DNA of 64,000 nt from Pristiophorus japonicus. Its lineage: Eukaryota. Location of the stretch: positions 148,304,001-148,368,000 of the forward strand of contig NC_091984.1 in NCBI RefSeq assembly GCF_044704955.1, written 5' to 3'. The translations under genes and the position numbers were made by a program. Shown here in pieces: positions 1 through 10,338 of this stretch (position 1 is its first letter; each line of letters begins with the position of its first letter). The notes under the pieces were generated by a model. It saw only the letters and a program-made list of their open reading frames with translations, made no database searches and was not told the origin of the DNA.

Positions 1-59
1 GGGAGGGAGAGAAGAAGAGGAATTGAAATGTGCTGATGTAGCTTTCTCTGGGTGAAGAC

Positions 60-67
60 ATTTACAT
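60..67 (+). promoter_or_regulatory. Ig light-chain promoter octamer (variant ATTTACAT)
   Basis: 7/8 match to ATTTGCAT, ~40 bp upstream of a TATA and ~110 bp upstream of the leader ATG, the usual position in light-chain V promoters. Confidence 0.6.
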
Positions 68-105
68 ACTGAGGGATGGGCAGTGAGACTCTCTCAGGCT
101 GCAGG

Positions 106-113
106 TTTATAAA
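106..113 (+). promoter_or_regulatory. TATA box of V promoter
   Basis: TTTATAAA 60 bp upstream of the leader ATG at 173. Confidence 0.65.
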
Positions 114-172
114 GCAGAGCCCAGTGAGGGGCAGTTTATCAGTAAGCAGGCACAGGGACAGGAGCAGACACC

Positions 173-221
173 ATGATTTCACCCATCCAGCTGATCTGGC
201 CTCTGGCATTCTGCGTCGCAG
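173..221 (+). CDS. IGKV: Ig kappa (NS4-type) leader exon, MISPIQLIWPLAFCVA(G)
   Basis: ACACCATG Kozak-like start; hydrophobic signal peptide; phase-1 GT donor at 222; intron ends in a polypyrimidine tract and CAG at 406-408. Confidence 0.92.
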
Positions 222-408
222 GTACCAATCTCTCTCCTTCCACGTTTAATATCTCCCTGCTGTTGATTTCTGTCCAACTCTACTGACCAGTGATTGAAGG
301 GCAAATGCTGACACGAGAGGAGAGCTCAGTGTCTCGAGCAATCTCTCATTTTACAGCGTCTTTCTGTGACAGTGCTTACTTCACTTTCTTTCCCCATTTC
401 CCCCTCAG

Positions 409-707
409 GTATCAGTGGGGACATCATCATGACCCAGTCTCCCCCGGTGCTGTCAGTGAGTGAGGGACAGACTGCAACCATCACCTGTACCGCCAGTGCA
501 TCCGTTAGCGATGATGTTAATTGGTACCAGCAGAAAGCCGGGCAGAAACCCACTCTGCTGATCTATGCGGCAACATCTCGTTTCACTGGAACCTCCAATC
601 GCTTCACCGGCAGTTACCAGTCCAACACGTTCACCCTGAGCATCAGCAACGTGCAGAGCGAGGATGTCGTAGTCTATTACTGTCAGCAATATTACAGCTA
701 CCCTCTA
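409..707 (+). CDS. IGKV: Ig kappa light-chain V exon, germline and unjoined
   Basis: [44 protein letters not shown]; both Ig-V cysteines and the Trp are present; no stop; resembles shark NS4/kappa V; followed directly by an RSS. Confidence 0.95.
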
Positions 708-735
708 CACTGTGATACACAGCCGTACAAAAACC
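708..735 (+). other. 12-bp-spacer recombination signal sequence (V-RSS)
   Basis: Heptamer CACTGTG (708-714), 12-bp spacer ATACACAGCCGT, consensus nonamer ACAAAAACC (727-735); V-12 is the kappa configuration. Confidence 0.95.
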
Positions 736-740
736 TCAAT

Positions 741-823
741 ATACACAGTGCCACCTCCTGTACTGACTCACCCCACAGTTATATATAATATATAATAATG
801 GACACACAGCCCACCTCCTGTAC
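741..823. repeat. Partial units of a dispersed minisatellite (ccacctcctgtactgactcaccccacagttatatataata...)
   Basis: Same motif recurs in inverted orientation at ~14958-15052. Confidence 0.6.
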
Positions 824-1104
824 GGTTTTACACATGACTGACACAGAGCTAAATGGGAGTGACGGCAGGAATATTCAGCTGGAAGCTGCAGTGAATTGGG
901 AAAGGATGGAGTGGGTCAGAGAGGAGTTGGGGCTGTGTCTTCATCACTGAGAATCTCACAGCTCTACTCGATACATTCAGACAGCATGGAGACACTGGGT
1001 GGTCCCTGTGTCCTCAATCCAAATAATCTCACAAACCCCCCACTATCGAGAGGGCCACAACTAATAAAACCCAAAGCATAAACATGAAAGGAAAGTGAAC
1101 AAGT

Positions 1105-1470
1105 GAAATGGTCGTGCTTTTTCCCTGCCCACCCCACACTCCAGGCCCTGCGGTGCCCATCTGTCGCAGATGCCTCAGGCCTACACTGGGCTCTGTCCCC
1201 AGGGCCACCTGGATGTGGACAAAGGCCCAGAAGGGAGGGAGACAGGCAGTGCGGCCACCCCAAGGGCCCCATCCAACTGGGCCCTGTGGATGACCACCTT
1301 GAGCAGACCCACGGGGAGGCCCTCCGAGCAGCCCATTCCCCCCCGCACCGGGTGGCCAGGCTGAGGAGCGTGGGACTGAAGTGGAGCCAGAAATCGAGGA
1401 GCAGCCCCTTCAAATAGTGGAAGAGGGGCTGCATCCTCTCACACTCCACGTACACACGGGTCACAGACTG
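1105..1470 (-). mobile_element. Tx1/L1-clade non-LTR retrotransposon 3' fragment
   Basis: Minus-strand translation VYVECERMQPLFHYLKGLLLDFWLHFSPTLL followed, after a frameshift, by GHPVR..G.SEG; resembles the Tx1 ORF2 C-terminus. Confidence 0.7.
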
Positions 1471-1741
1471 AGGAAACAGGTTTCTAAAGTCCCTGAAACT
1501 CGTTATTTTATAATGATCCCCGAGGAAGGCCTGTGTCAGCAACACAAACATCTCGCTTGCAGACGGAGCCCGTTGTTCAAGGGGCCCAAAGAGGTGAGCC
1601 CTGTGTGACGGGGACTTTCATTCTCCAGCAATTCCGTGGCCCCAGGGTTACCGTCTGATGGGGTGGGAAGGGCAGCTGGGAGATTTGTCCCAAACACGTT
1701 GGATCCCCAACTCTCCTGGGTACTGCCACAGGAAACTCGTC

Positions 1742-2022
1742 ACAGAGAGAGAGGGAGGGAGGGAGAGGTTGAGTGAGGGAGTGAGTGAGGGAGGGAGGGA
1801 GAGTGTGAGTGAGGGAAAGGGAGAGAGAGAGTGAGTGAGGGGGAGAGGGAGTGAGGGTGGGAGAAGGAGAAAAAGTGAGGGGGAACGAGAGTGAGAGGCA
1901 GTGAGAGAGAGAGAAGCAGACTGAGAGAGACACAGTGTGAGAGCAACAGATAGAGTGATACGCTGAGAAAGAGACACACAGACAGAGAGAGGGGGAGAGA
2001 GACTGAGTGAGCCAGGGACGGA
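1742..2022 (+). repeat. Purine-rich (GA/GAGT/GGGA)n tract immediately 5' of the J-RSS
   Basis: Low-complexity gagagaggg/gagt/gaca repeats; source of the spurious S/L/P-rich minus-strand ORFs. Confidence 0.85.
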
Positions 2023-2061
2023 GGATATTGTACAGCCGCTGCACTGGAAGCTGTCACTGTG
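2023..2061 (-). other. 23-bp-spacer RSS of J
   Basis: Plus strand GGATATTGT (2023-2031), 23 bp (2032-2054), CACTGTG (2055-2061); heptamer is consensus, nonamer has 2 mismatches to GGTTTTTGT. Confidence 0.88.
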
Positions 2062-2096
2062 GCTCACGTTCGGTAAAGGAACCAAGCTCAGACTGA
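2062..2096 (+). CDS. IGKJ: Ig kappa J segment LTFGKGTKLRL
   Basis: FGxG motif; phase-1 donor A|GTAAGT at 2097; not in the ORF track because it is short. Confidence 0.95.
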
Positions 2097-2174
2097 GTAA
2101 GTAAACCCCAATGCTCCGTTATTAACACTTTAAATACTGAATCCTTCTAAGACACAAATGCTGAATAGTGGAAG

Positions 2175-2685
2175 ATTTTAGTTTACACAGGATTACATCG
2201 GATACATGGCCCAGAAACAGACCATTCGGCCCAACCAGTTCATGCCAGTGTTTATGCTCCACTCGATCCTCCCGTCTTTCCTCATCTAAATCTATCAGCA
2301 TAACCCTCGATTCCCTTCTCCCTCATATCCCTGTCTAGCCTCCCCTTAAATACATCGATACTATTCACTTCAATCACTCCCTGTGGTAGCCAGTTCCACA
2401 TTCTCACCACTTGCTGGGTAAAGAATTTTCTCCTGAATTCCCGATTGGATTTCTTGCTGACTATCTTATATTGATGGCCTCTAGTTCTGCTCTTCCCCAC
2501 AAGTGGAAACACTCTCTCTGTATCCATTCTCTCAAAACCTTTCCTAATGTTAAAGACCTCTATCTGGTCACCCCTCGGCCTCAAGAGAAAAGAGCCCCAG
2601 CCTGTTCATCCTTTCCTGATATGTACACCCTCGTATTTCTGGTCCCATCCTTGTAAACCTTCTCTGCACCCTCTCCTGTGCCTCT
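2175..2685 (-). mobile_element. CR1 LINE 3' fragment
   Basis: ERVQRRFTRM..YQERMNRLGLFSL / RGDQIEVF..SRTRGHQYK..FFTQ.VVRMWN: CR1 ORF2 C-terminus. Confidence 0.85.
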
Positions 2686-3204
2686 GTATGGGTTATATAA
2701 TATGGTGGGGAGCTGCGGTGAATGAAAGGGTTAATTGAAGAGTGCTGTGTATGACAGGGAGCCCGGCTGTATTCCTTTACCCACACTCCCCCTTCACCCA
2801 GCAAAGTATAAGTAACGAACTGTTACCCACCGTGTGGAGGAGATCTGGACGTTGGCACACTGCGGTCCCATCCCTGCACCATCCCCGGAAATCGCTCCCG
2901 AGCCTCCTGCCTGTCTCAGTGTGACAGACACGGTGTGTGAGACACGGGCAGAGTGTGGGTGTGAGTGAGTGAGCTCGCTGGGGGCAGTCTGTGCTCCTGT
3001 CACAGTCTCTGATATAACTGAGCTCAGCCTCAGCACACTGACACTCCCGAGGTCCTGCCTCCCCCAGCTCCAACTCTGATCTGTCCAGCCCCCGCTCACC
3101 TCCTGTCCAACTTCTGATCACAAACAGGGGCAGCAGGGCTCGCAATCCGGCGGCTGCAGTGCTCCAGGGTTGTGGGGAGACTCTCAGTTGCTGTTTCTGT
3201 GGCT

Positions 3205-3420
3205 CGAGTTCAGGCCGATATTTATCCCTCAACCTACATCGCTTAAAATGCTCATTTACCTCATTTTTGTGTGTGGGAGCTTGCTGTGCACAAATTGGTT
3301 GTCGTGTTTCCCACATTACAACAATGACCGCACTTCAAAAATGTACTTCATTTGCTGTGAAGCACTTTGGGACATCCTGAGGTGTGAAAGGTGCTATATA
3401 AATGCAGGTCTTTCTTTAAT
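3205..3420 (+). mobile_element. DeuSINE (SacSINE1-like) 3' part
   Basis: tatttatccctcaacc...gtgggagcttgctgtgc...gtgaaagg.gctatataaatgca tail shared with the copies at 5855 and 53043. Confidence 0.75.
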
Positions 3421-3514
3421 TTCTCTTTTCTTTTTATTAACTGGGACTCGCACAATTCCCCTGCTGATTAAACCTGGACCCACCAGAAAATCCCCAGAGC
3501 ACGAACTAATGTTC

Positions 3515-3975
3515 CATAAGAATATGGCAATTAGGAGCAGGAGGAGGCCATTCGGCCCCTCGAGCCTGCTCCGCCATTCAATGAGATCATGGCTGATCTT
3601 CCACCTCAACTCCACTTTCCTGCACTGTCCCCATATCCCTCGATTCCCTTAATATCCAAAAATCTATCGATCTCCGGAATATACTCAAGGACTGAACCTC
3701 CACAGCCCTCTGGGGTAGAGAATTCCAGAGAATTACCACCCTCTGAGTGAAGAGGTTTCTCCTCATCTCAGTCCTGAATGGCTGACCCCTTATTCTGAGA
3801 CTGTGACCCCTGGTTCTAGACTCCCCAGCCAGAGGAAACATCCTCCCTGCATCTACCCTGTCAAGCCTTGTCACAATTTTGTATGTTTCAATGAGATCCC
3901 CTCTCATTCTTCTAAACACTGGAGAATATAGGCCTAGTCTACTCAATCTCTCCATAGGACAATCCCTCCATCCCA
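3515..3975 (-). mobile_element. CR1 LINE 3' fragment
   Basis: ERLSRLGLYS..FRRMRGDLIETYKI..SRTRGHSLRIRG; typical CR1 3' tail. Confidence 0.9.
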
Positions 3976-4226
3976 GATGTCCGTCTGATGTGTCTGCGTG
4001 TTTGTCACACGTGACGGAGCAGACAGCAGGAGTTCCACCAACAACACAGGACGTTACCTCAGTGCCCGGCCCACTTTCCCCATCCACTTACCACATTCTT
4101 ACAGGTAAACGGGCTCAGCACCTGCCCTCGGCCGGTGAAATGTCTCCCCTCTACACCACAGGCTGCCCGTCATCTGCTCCCCATCTCACTCCTGTAGGAA
4201 CTACCTCTGGCTGGGGCACAGCTCCC

Positions 4227-4587
4227 CTCCCCAAGTGTGCTCACTGTCCCAGTGTGAGCCCAGAGACTGAGCTCCCCAAGTGGGCTCACTGTCCCAGTGT
4301 GAGCCCAGAGACTGAGCTCCCCAAGTGGGCTCACTGTCCCAGTGTGAGCCCAGAGACTGAGCTCCCCAAGTGGGCTCACTGTCCCAGTGTGAGCCCAGAA
4401 ACTGAGCTCCCCAAGTGGGCTCACTGTCCCAGTGTGAGCCCAGAGACTGAGCTCCCCAAGTGGGCTCACTGTCCCAGTGTGAGCCCAGAGACTGAGCTCC
4501 CCAAGTGGGCTCATTGTCCCAGTATGAGCCCAGAGACTGAGCTCACCAAGTGGGCTCACTGTCCCAGTGTGAGCCCAGAGACCGAGC
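4227..4587 (+). repeat. 45-bp minisatellite, 8 copies, in the J-C intron
   Basis: Unit ctccccaagtgggctcactgtcccagtgtgagcccagagactgag; nearly identical copies. Confidence 0.95.
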
Positions 4588-4654
4588 GTGTCAGGCTAAT
4601 CGACCGTGAGTTGTCAGCCGTTGCTCAGTCACTAGCACGCTCGGCTCTGAGAAA

Positions 4655-4945
4655 AGGAAGAAAGACTTGCATTTATATAGCGCCTTTCATGACCACCAGA
4701 CATCCCAAAGTGCTTTACAGCCAATGAAGTACTTTTTGAAGTGTACTCACTGTTGTAATGTAGGAAATGCAGCAGCCAAGTTGTGCACAGCAAGCTCCCA
4801 CAAACTGCAATGTGATGATGACCAAATAACTTGTTTTTGTTGTGTTGATTGAGGAATAAATATTGGCCAGGACACCGGAGTGAGATTTGAACCCGCAAAT
4901 TCTGACTCAGAGGTGAGGGCACGACGAACTGAGCCACTGGCTGAC
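4655..4945 (-). mobile_element. DeuSINE (SacSINE1-like), internally deleted
   Basis: Reverse complement of the SINE tail, plus tRNA-like head (gtggctcag..ctctgagtcagaa..gggttcaa). Confidence 0.75.
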
Positions 4946-5385
4946 TCCATTCGGTCCATCGTGTCCGCGCCGGCCGACAAAGAGCTACCCAGCCTAATCC
5001 CACTTTCCAGCTCTTGGTCTGTAGCCCTGTGGGTTACCGCACTTTAAGTGCACATCCAAGTACTTTTTAAATATGGTGAGGGTTTTTGCCTCTACCACCC
5101 TTTCAGGCAGTGAGTTCCAGACCCCCACTACCCTCTGGCTGAAGATATTTCCCCTCAAATCCCCTCTAAACCTTCCACCAATTACTTTATATCTATGCCC
5201 TGGTTGTTGACCCCTCTGCTAAGGGAAATAGATCCTTCCTATCCACTCTATCTAAGCCCCTCATAATTTTATACACCTCAATAAGGTCTCCCTTCAGCAT
5301 CCTCTGTTCCACGGAAAACAAACCCAGCCTATCCAATCTTTCCTCATCGCTAAAATTCTCCCGTCCAGGCAACAACCTCTTAAAT
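4946..5385 (-). mobile_element. CR1 LINE 3' fragment
   Basis: EERLDRLGLFSVEQRMLKGDLIEVYKIMRGLDRVD. Confidence 0.85.
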
Positions 5386-5854
5386 CTTCCTGTGTGCAAT
5401 TGGTTGTAAAGGACCTTGGGAAGTCTTGAGGTTGTGAAAGGCGCTATATAAATTTATTGAAGTGGGACCCTGATCCTGACCCTCGCCTAATGTCCACGCA
5501 CTCTGACTTTCCAGAAGGTCACGGGATCATTGGGAGCAGTGACCCTGCCTGACCCCGGTACACTGAGGCTAATTGTAGCCTCACCCTTGACCTCATCCCG
5601 GTGGTGGGCAACAAGCTATTAAACGCAATCTAGAAGCTTCTACACCGATCTGTGTGTGATCTGAGCTTTCTCACTGCTGAGCCAGTTTCCCCTGTATCCA
5701 CCCATCTACAGTTCGAGCTTCCTGCCAGTGAACAGCTTCTTAACGGGACACTCAGTCTTTACCGACTCTTACTGTTAACCGTTTCAGTGCTGAATGTGTG
5801 CCAACCCTGCACTGCAGATGTTTATACAACAGTCCAATATGATTTTGAGTATTA

Positions 5855-6275
5855 GCCGTGGCTCAGTGCGTTGCACTCTCGCCTCTGAGTCAGAAGGTTG
5901 TGGTTCAAGTTCCACTCCAGGGACTTGAGCACAAAAATCTAGGCTGACACTGCAGTACAGTGCTGAGGGAGCACTGCACTGTCGGAGGGGTCGTGTTTCG
6001 GATGAGACGTTAAACCGAGGCCCCGTCTGCCCTCTCAGTTGGATGTAAAAGATCTCATGCCACTATTTCGAAGAAGAGCAGGGGAGTTCTCCCTGGTGTC
6101 CTGGTCAATATTTATCCCTCAACCAACATGACAAAAGAACAGATTATCAGGTCGTTATCACACCGCTGTTTGTGGAAGCTTGCTGTGCGCAGATTGGCTG
6201 CCGTGTTTCTCACATTACAACAGTGACTGCACTCCAAAAGTACTTCATTGTGTGTAAAGTGGTTTGAGACGTCCA
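5855..6275 (+). mobile_element. tRNA-derived DeuSINE (SacSINE1-like), near full length
   Basis: A box GTGGCTCAGTG and B box GGTTCAAGTTCC, followed by the Deu domain (tttcggatgagacgttaaaccgaggccccgtctgcc). Confidence 0.85.
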
Positions 6276-6513
6276 CCTTAACATCAAACGCATTTATATT
6301 TAGATTAAACTGATCAAGCGAGGCAAAGAAGATTAAGAATTAGTGTTGCTCGCCTCTAATGGTTAATCGCCTGCCAGGTGTTCATTAACCCAGCTCTCCG
6401 TTATCAGATGTGAATTATCCCCACACAGAAACACCCACAGTGACACACACACACACAGACACGCATACACATACTAATATACACCTATTAAACATCCTTC
6501 TCCTCCCTTTCAG

Positions 6514-6842
6514 GCCGAGGGAAGACACCACTCACACTGAACCTGCTGCCCCCCTCCCCGGAGGAGGTCACGACCAAGGGCACTGCCACCCTGGTGTGCC
6601 TCGCCGATCACTTCTACCCCGATGCGGTGGAGGTGGAGTGGAAGAAGGACGGGGCGACCATTTCGGCCGGGGTCCAGACCAGCGACTACCTGCGAGCTTC
6701 GGACAACACCTACAGTGTCAGCAGCCTGCTGACCCTCTCTGGCTCCGACTGGGAGTCCAACGCCAGCTTCTCCTGCAGCCTCACCCACGAGAGCCTCTCC
6801 TCTCCCCTCAGCAAGGGCGTCAGGAGAGCAGAATGTGCGTAG
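6514..6842 (+). CDS. IGKC: Ig kappa light-chain constant exon
   Basis: Polypyrimidine and CAG acceptor (6511-6513); phase matches J (A+GC=Ser); RGKTPLTLNLLPPSPEEVTTKGTATLVCLADHFYPD..WKKDG..TYSVSSLLTL..WES..FSCSLTH..RAECA*, with both C1 cysteines and the penultimate interchain Cys; matches shark NS4/kappa C. Confidence 0.95.
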
Positions 6843-7272
6843 TGTGTCAGGGACAGTCCGCGGGGGAGACGCAACTTTAAATAGAACAGGGGGTGAGCCG
6901 GGAGGGCAAAGGTCATTGTCAGCACTGCATTTCTACTCTCTTCCTTCTCGGGACTGAGTCAGGGAAAGCATCTGAGGGTCAGGGGGTAAGGCACGTTATT
7001 GGGGCTGTGTCGAGGGAGCTTTACTCTGTATCTAACCCATGCTGCACCTGCCCTGGGAGGGTTTGATGGGACAGTGTTGACTCATGCTGCCAAGTAAAAC
7101 CTCTCGAAGATGTTGAAGACTGTCAGAAGAGTAAAACTAATGTTAAACTGTGAAGTGCCGCTTCAGTAAGCAGACCCCCTCCCTGCTCACCCTGCTGTTA
7201 CAATTCAAGGTTTTGTCCCCGTTTAAAGGGACAGGATTCTCACGGTGTGGAGAAAATCCTCACAACTGTTTT

Positions 7273-7278
7273 AATAAA
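7273..7278 (+). terminator. Polyadenylation signal of the kappa transcript
   Basis: First AATAAA seen after the C stop, with T/GT-rich sequence downstream. Confidence 0.7.
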
Positions 7279-7944
7279 GCTGCATTCTCCCTGTGAATGT
7301 CTCCAGCTCGCTCTCTCTGGGCTTTTTATTCAAGTCTTGTTTCTGTAAATGTGAATCTGTAAAAGGCAAGAAACGTGAAGAATATTCAGTCTGTGTCTGG
7401 CAAGTGCTTTAGAAATGTCCCACCTCCCCCTCAGCTGGATTGGCTGCATTTCAGTAAATGTCTGTCCTGATTGGCTGGGTGGGCTGTCAATCAATGGCAC
7501 GTCAAAACCAATTATCAACCATTTTAAAATGATCAATTTTACCTCAATCCCCTGGAGTGCACAAGATTAAACACAGAGACACTAAAAGCTGCTGGGATTA
7601 AACCCTCCCAGTCTGAGCATTGGCTCTCACTCTGCACACTGGGGGTGTTGGGGCAGCCCCGATGGTGGGATCGCACTGTGCACTCTGTGCTGACTGCTGG
7701 GAGCAATCTGGGGGCAGGAGGCCACAGTCACAATGTTGCATTCTCTCTCCTTAACGTGTGGCTCGTGGCAGCAGCACAAAACTGTACCGAGTGAGGCCTC
7801 AGCTTAGGGAGAGGAGCAGTCAGTGTATCACCGTGTACATGTCCCTGAGTGTTAGTGTGGCTTACCCAGCACCGCCTGGAGAGGTGTGTGTGTGTGTGTG
7901 TGTGTGTTACCCAGCACCACCTGTAGGTATATGTGTGTGTGTGT

Positions 7945-10200
7945 AAGAACATAATAATATAAGAAATAGGAGCAGGAGTAGGCCATGCGGCCCCTCGAGC
8001 CTGCTCCACCATTTAATAAGATCATGGCTGATCTGATCATGGACTCAGGTCCACTTCCCTGCCCGCTCCCCATAACCCCTTATTCCCTGATCGTTTAAGA
8101 AACTGTCTATTTCTGTCTTAAATTTATTCTATGTCTCAGCTACCACAGCTCTCTGAGGCAGCGAATTCCACAGATTTACAACCCTCTGAGAGAAGAAATT
8201 TCTCCTCATCTCAGTTTTAAATGGGTGGCCCCTTATTCTAAGATCATGCCCTCTAGTTCTAGTCTCCCCTATCAGTGGAAACATCCTCGCTGCATCCACC
8301 CTGTGAAGTCCCCTCATAATCTTATATGTTTCGATAAGATCACCTCTCATTCTTCTGAATTCCAATGAGTAGATGTCCAACCTACTCAACCTTTCCTCAT
8401 AAGTCAACCCCCTCATCTCCAGAATCAACTTTGTGAACCTTCTCTGAACTGCCGCCAAAGCAAGTATATCCTTTCGTAAATATGGAAACCAAAACTGCAC
8501 GCAGTATTCCAGATGTGTCCTCACCAATACCCTGTATAGCTGTAGCAAGACATCCCTGCTTTTATACTCCATCCCCTTTGCAATAATGGCCAAGATTCCA
8601 TTGGACTTCCTGATCACTTGCTGTACCTGCATACTAACCTTTTGTGTTTCATGCACAAGTACCCCCAGTTCCCACCGTACTGCAGCACGATGCAATCTTT
8701 TTCCTTTTAAATAATAACTTGCTCTTTGATTTTTTTTCTGTCAAAGTGCATGACCTCACACTTTCTAATATTATACTCCACCTGCCAAATTTTTGCCCAT
8801 TCACTTAGCCTGTCTCTGTCCTTTTGGAAAATTTTTTGTCCTCTTCACACATTGCTTTTCTTCCATTCTTTGTATCGTCAGCGAACTTGGCTGCGTTACA
8901 CTCGGTCCCTTCCTCCAAGTCATTAATATAGATTGTAAATAGTTGGGCTCCTAGCACTGATCCCTGCCGCACGCAACTGGTTACTAATTACCATTTATCC
9001 CTACTCTCTGTTTTCTATTTGAGACAATCCTCTATCCATGCTAATATATTATTCCCAACGCCATGAACTTTAATCTTGCGCAGTCATCTTTTATGTGGCT
9101 CCTTGCCTTATGGAAGTCCAAATACACCACATCACTGGTTTCCCTTTGTGCACCCTGTTGGTTACATCCTCAAAGAATTCTAGCAAATTTGTCAAACATG
9201 ACTTCTCCTTCATAAAGCAGTGCTGACTCTGCCTGACTGAATTTTGCTTTTCCAAATGTCCTGCTACTGCTTCTTTAATAATGGACTCCAACAACTTCTC
9301 AAGCTAGTCTATAGTTCCTTGCTTTGTGTCTGCCTCCTTTTTAAATAGGGACATTACATTTGCAGTTTTACAATCTGCTGGGACTTCCCTCCTGCACCAT
9401 CTCTGTAGCCACGCATTCAGCTTCTCTATCCTCCTATCTCTGTACTCACTAGCTCGTGGCATCGAGGTCTTGCTTTTTAAACTCTCTCCTAGCTCCCTAA
9501 ACTCTGCCTGTAGGCCCTCATCCCTCTTTCTACCTATGTCATTGGTACCGATATGGACCACAACTTCTGGCTGTTCACCTTCCCCCCTCAGAATGTACTG
9601 CAGCCACTCAGTGACATCCTTGACCCTGGCACCAGGCAGGCAACATACCATCCTGGAGTCACGTTGCGGCCGCAGAAATGCCTGTCTCTTCCCCTAACTA
9701 TCGAATCCCTTACCACTATTGCTCTTCCACTCTTCTTCCTCCCCCCTGTGCAGCTGAGCCACCCGTGGTGCCGTGGACTTGGCTCTGGCTGCACTTCCTA
9801 GAGGAACCATCGCCCCCACCAGTACTCAGAACACAATACTGGTTGGAGAGCGAGTTTGACTCAGGGGACTCCTACACTACCTGCCTGGACCTCCTCTTCT
9901 GTCTGGTGGTCACCCATTCCCTCTCTGCCTGCACACTCTTAAGCTGCGGGGTGGCCACCTCTAGAAACGTGCTATCCACGAAGTTCTCAGCCTCGCGGAT
10001 GCACCGCAGTGAATCCAGCCGTCGCTCAATCTCCGAAACGCGGAGCTCGAGTTGCTGTAGCTGGTGACACTTCCTGCACATGTGGTCGTCCAGGCCACGA
10101 GAAGCGTCCAGGAATTCCCACATGGCACAGGATATGCTCTCCACGGGACAGAACTCCCCTGCCATGCCTCTATTTAATAGACTAAGAACTAACACAGCAG
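7945..10200 (-). mobile_element. CR1 LINE, degenerate with internal deletions (ORF1 and ORF2 remnants)
   Basis: ORF1 zinc-finger (SCAMWE..CRKC) and esterase (DSIVRG, CCLPGARVKDV, HIGTNDIG) motifs; ORF2 KSCLTNLLEFFEDVT and RRMRGDLIETYKI. Confidence 0.9.
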
Positions 10201-10338
10201 AAATAAACTTAAAACGATAAAAAAGCAAATAATGGCCCGGCCGACATCATTCAGGCCATAATTTCTGGATTTGTTCAGCCCACTGAGGGCGAACACTGTC
10301 AATTGGCCATTAATGTGCCTTAAGTTTGCAGCTCAATC

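Noticed and set aside
744-750. Perfect CACAGTG just 3' of the V-RSS (also at 1931, 11765 and 57442)
   Set aside because: No convincing nonamer seen at 12- or 23-bp spacing and no adjacent gene segment; 744 lies in a repeat unit and 57442 is created by an LTR junction.
366-788. 140-aa ORF as the V protein
   Set aside because: It starts in the intron and reads through the RSS; the real coding part is 173-221 plus 409-707.
3879-4727. 282-aa ORF with LPKWAHCPSVSPETE repeats
   Set aside because: Chimera of antisense CR1, intron and minisatellite; the unit length is divisible by 3.
5855-5930. tRNA gene
   Set aside because: A/B boxes run into the SINE body; this is a SINE head, as at 10339 and 53043.
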